Shown one piece after another: positions 60,848 through 64,000 of a stretch of DNA of 64,000 bases; position 1 is the first letter of the stretch, and every line of letters begins with the position of its first letter. The stretch spans positions 160,001-224,000 of the forward strand of contig CAWBOS010000001.1 in the NCBI GenBank assembly GCA_963790475.1, written 5' to 3'. This DNA is from an uncultured delta proteobacterium (GTDB lineage Bacteria > Desulfobacterota > RBG-13-43-22). The translations under genes and the position numbers were made by a program. The notes beneath the pieces were generated by a model. That model did no database searches and was not told where the DNA came from. It was given only the letters and a program-made list of their open reading frames with translations.

Positions 60848-62233
60848 ATGTCATTTTCATCTTTTGCACTTCACCCCCAACTATTAAAGGCCCTTGAAGA
60901 AAAGGGTTTTCATCAGCCCACTCCGATTCAGGAACTGGCCATCCCCGCCCTGCTACAGGGCAGTGATGTCATGGCTTCGGCCGTCACGGGAAGCGGCAAG
61001 ACGGCCGCCTTTTTACTTCCCATCCTCCATCAACTGATCGGACAGCCCCGGGGAAAAACCAGGGTACTGGTTCTGGTACCCACGCGGGAACTGGCCGTGC
61101 AGATTGCCGAGCATCTGCATGATCTGGCTTTGCATACCGCGTTGAAAGGCGCCGCCGTCTACGGAGGAGTCTCACCCGTTCCGCAGGAACAGGCTTTTAG
61201 AAAGGGAGTGGATTTTGTGATTGCCACGCCCGGACGCCTCCTGGACCATATGCGCAACAAATACGCCAAACTGGAGGGGTTAAGTCATCTTATTCTTGAC
61301 GAAGCCGATCGTATGCTCGATATGGGATTTCTCCCCGACATCCGTCGTATTCTGGACGGCATTCCGAAGAACCGTCAGACCCTTTTCTTTTCGGCCACAC
61401 TTCCTCCACCGATTGTTGCCCTGGCCAGGGAGATGCTCAATAACCCGATTGCTCTCAATATCACGCCGAAACCGATACCGGCCTCACAAATCACCCATGT
61501 GGCCTATCCCGTGCCCCATGAATTAAAATCAACCCTTCTGCTCGCCCTGCTTAAACAGAGTGCTACTAAGAGCGTCCTGGCCTTTACCCGGACCAAACAC
61601 CGGGCCAACCGGCTGGCCGACTTTCTTGAAAAACACGGGGTCTCCTGTGCCCGGATACACGGCAACCGTAGTCAGAGTCAACGGACCGAGGCCCTGGCCG
61701 GATTCAAACGGGGGAGGTTCCGGGTCCTGGTGGCCACGGACATCGCCGCCCGGGGGATCGATGTGGAGGCCATTGGTCTGGTCTGCAACTTCGATGTGCC
61801 CCACCTGGCTGAAGAATACGTTCACCGGGTTGGCCGGACTGGCCGGGCCAGCGCTTCAGGGGATGCCTGCACCCTGGTTTCACCTGATGAAGAGCACACT
61901 TTCCGATCTATCGAACAGAATCTTGGACGGCGAATGCCCCGGGAGACGGTCCAGGGATTTGATTATAAGAAGAGGCCATCGGAACGTTTCGAAATCCCTC
62001 TTAACGAGCGGATTGCCGCTATCCGGACCCGGAAAGCCGGGGAACGGGCCCGCCACCAGGAAAAAGAGGAATCGAGAGGCCATAGACCAACCAGGGCGAA
62101 TGGTTCGGTGTCCAAAGAGGTCTCCCAACCCGGATTTGCCCGCGAGCACCGGGGAAACAGCACCATTTTCGGATTTTCCAAGGGGAAAGGAACGGCCTTA
62201 AGACGGCCTTCCCTGCAGGATCGATCGCGGTAG
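60848..62233 (+). CDS. rhlE: DEAD-box RNA helicase (RhlE-like)
   Basis: Q motif, TGSGKT, PTRELA, DEAD, SAT, HRVGRTGRA. Confidence 0.9.
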   Translation: MSFSSFALHPQLLKALEEKGFHQPTPIQELAIPALLQGSDVMASAVTGSGKTAAFLLPILHQLIGQPRGKTRVLVLVPTRELAVQIAEHLHDLALHTALKGAAVYGGVSPVPQEQAFRKGVDFVIATPGRLLDHMRNKYAKLEGLSHLILDEADRMLDMGFLPDIRRILDGIPKNRQTLFFSATLPPPIVALAREMLNNPIALNITPKPIPASQITHVAYPVPHELKSTLLLALLKQSATKSVLAFTRTKHRANRLADFLEKHGVSCARIHGNRSQSQRTEALAGFKRGRFRVLVATDIAARGIDVEAIGLVCNFDVPHLAEEYVHRVGRTGRASASGDACTLVSPDEEHTFRSIEQNLGRRMPRETVQGFDYKKRPSERFEIPLNERIAAIRTRKAGERARHQEKEESRGHRPTRANGSVSKEVSQPGFAREHRGNSTIFGFSKGKGTALRRPSLQDRSR

Positions 62234-62287
62234 GCATCAGGCATTCAAACCTCTGTAATTAATAAGCGGAGAATCCATCATATTTTT

Positions 62288-62317
62288 GTAGGGGTCGGTT
62301 TAAATCCGGCCCCTACA
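62288..62317. repeat. GTAG-type REP palindrome
   Basis: GTAGGGGTCGG-TTTAAAT-CCGGCCCCTAC. Confidence 0.6.
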
Positions 62318-62454
62318 GGGTGGGGGAGAACCTATTTATACCTTTACCGAAAAGAGGCAGTGGGTTGAACTTAGGAGAGGTTATTGAGTTTGACAATAAC
62401 CCGTGTTAGATTATAATCGTCCTCAAAAATATCCCTATTGGAAAAGGAGACATC

Positions 62455-62640
62455 ATGGATACAGAAAAGATAATGGATAATTTATTTAAGGAATTGGGGG
62501 TGGCCTTGAAGGCCATATCTACCGCCAAAACCGTAGAAGACAAAGTGGCCTACAGCGAAATTATTAAAAATTTAAGTGAATCCCTGGGAATTTTTCTGGA
62601 TTTGGCCACCACGATCATGGAAGACGAAATCGAAGACTAA
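62455..62640 (+). CDS. Small acidic hypothetical protein
   Basis: RBS AAGGAG; promoter TTGACA-16-TATAAT at 62390-62417. Confidence 0.7.
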   Translation: MDTEKIMDNLFKELGVALKAISTAKTVEDKVAYSEIIKNLSESLGIFLDLATTIMEDEIED

Positions 62641-62703
62641 CCTTATCACGATCCGTTTTAATACATTTAAGTTATGCATCAATTTAGCTTTTTGAAAACT
62701 GTT

Positions 62704-62883
62704 TTCACCGCAAAGGCGCAAAGAGCGCCAAGAGGAACTTTTATTGGCTGCCGGTGAGGGGCCGGCAATCAATACCCTTCTCTACCCACCAGGTAATTAT
62801 TTGGACGGAGTCAGAGCTGTTTTATTCAATCCCGCCTCTCACGGGATTGAACAAAAATGATTCTCTCTGCGTCCTTTGCGTCT
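62704..62883. repeat. Palindromic repeat family C, interrupted in its right arm by the IS110 element
   Basis: Aligns with 55364-55548 up to ...CTTTGCGTCT, then switches to IS sequence. Confidence 0.85.
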
Positions 62884-62946
62884 GGTTTATTGTTGTCAAG
62901 AGTTTTTTAAATATTATTAAACAAACTGGTAACTATCTTAGAGTGA

Positions 62947-63094
62947 CACCTTGCCCAACTCTGGTAATTTGAGAGTCTCAACAGAGCTCTAACCTTGCTT
63001 TATTGGGGTTAAGGTGCAAGCGGAGAGTTATTTAAGCTCTGCGAGAAGGTCGACTTAGTCGCCTTAGATGCCGCAAACGATAATCTCTCCGCTT
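62947..63094 (-). ncRNA. Predicted bridge/seek RNA (target-binding loop, then donor-binding loop)
   Basis: Two stem/internal-loop/stem modules whose loops match the target flank and the IS end. Confidence 0.72.
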
Positions 63095-63109
63095 ACACGC
63101 TAAGAAGGT

Positions 63110-64000
63110 CTAAGCAGCCAGTTTTAACGTTGCTCCTTTTGAATAATTTTCCATATATTCGTTATGATCACGCACCAAGGCAAAAATAACACCGAGAAGC
63201 TTCCGGGCAATGGCTACCAGGGCCTTGATCTTGGGCATTCCTTGATCCAGATGCCTTTGATAGGCCGTATGCATCACTCCCCCTTTTCGAACCGTATTGA
63301 TAGCGGCAAAAAAGAGGATTTTCCTAAGAAGCGACCGGCCTCTTTTGGATATATGACGATTCCCTTGGTGCCTTCCAGAACTGATTTCAAAGAGGTTCAG
63401 TCCGGCCAACTTCAGGACTTCAGCCAGCGTATGAAATTTACGAAAATCCCCGACTTCTCCAATCAGTCCGGCGGTGGTAACCTCTCCTATCCCTTTCAAG
63501 GACAGAATCGAATGACTATAGGGGATCTCGGGAAGAAGGGCCGCCATCTCCTGTTCCGCCTTCTCAATAAACTGGTCAGAAGATTCAATCTCAGAAAGAA
63601 GTTCTCGTATCTCAAAAAGAATCGCCTTGCGGCCTTCTTGAAGACCTACGGAATGGCCAGCGGCCGCATAAAGGGCCGGGGCTCGCTCTTTATCCAGCTT
63701 CCCTCGGCTAACCCGTCTCAGCGTGGCCCTCAAGGTCCCAAGACCACATTGGATAATATCTTCCGGGCACGGATAATGCCGCAACAGATATTGGGCACTG
63801 CGGGTTTTAATATTCTTCATCACTTGCAGAAACTCGGGGAAGACAATAAAGACCAAATCCTGAATCTGGTTCAAAAGGCCCGTTCGTCTTCGTATGGCTC
63901 TCTCCCTGGCATGGGTCAGTCGGCGAAGTTCAGCTGCCGCGCCTTCGGGAATGACCACGGTAAGGGCATGACCCAGCTCAATAATATCCGCAATGACTTT
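63110..64000 (-). CDS. IS110-family transposase/recombinase (N-terminal RuvC-like part outside the window)
   Basis: SLKGIG, EVGDFRKF, LAGLNLFEISSG, ISKRGRSLLR, AIARKLL; frame open to the window edge. Confidence 0.93.
   Translation of the reverse strand, partial: KVIADIIELGHALTVVIPEGAAAELRRLTHARERAIRRRTGLLNQIQDLVFIVFPEFLQVMKNIKTRSAQYLLRHYPCPEDIIQCGLGTLRATLRRVSRGKLDKERAPALYAAAGHSVGLQEGRKAILFEIRELLSEIESSDQFIEKAEQEMAALLPEIPYSHSILSLKGIGEVTTAGLIGEVGDFRKFHTLAEVLKLAGLNLFEISSGRHQGNRHISKRGRSLLRKILFFAAINTVRKGGVMHTAYQRHLDQGMPKIKALVAIARKLLGVIFALVRDHNEYMENYSKGATLKLAA

Larger units (their letters stand above)
62882..64000 (-). mobile_element. IS110-family insertion sequence (partial, runs off the window)
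   Basis: Transposase plus 226-bp downstream non-coding end; boundary at core CT 62882-62883; outward TTGACA at 62899-62894. Confidence 0.88.

Noticed and set aside
9972-62883. Repeat families as CRISPR arrays
   Set aside because: Copies are long, dispersed and not separated by regular spacers; no cas genes.

Overview
The window looks like chromosomal DNA of an anaerobic bacterium, probably a deltaproteobacterium (Desulfobacterota-like). This is inferred from gene content (tungsten AOR, glycyl radical enzyme, many acyl-CoA enzymes, selenoproteins). It is a patchwork of short unrelated catabolic and regulatory units separated by at least four intergenic repeat families and many gene remnants. 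The strongest signals are these. (1) An IS110-family recombinase at the right edge has a downstream non-coding end that folds into two stem/internal-loop/stem modules. Their loops match the insertion site (TTTGCGN-CT-YTGCG, a palindromic repeat that recurs in the window) and the element's own end, i.e. a readable bridge-RNA-like guide. (2) The ORF track splits three selenoprotein genes at in-frame TGA codons followed by SECIS-like hairpins: a two-Sec MerB-like lyase, a GrdB/PrdB-like protein with UxxD, and a UGSC protein. (3) An uncharacterised glycyl radical enzyme operon with two SDRs and an SCP2 protein carries several indels. (4) A conserved promoter-plus-leader module occurs eight times in front of unrelated sequence. 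No rRNA, tRNA or CRISPR array was seen. All calls come from reading the sequence and recalling protein families; no searches were run.
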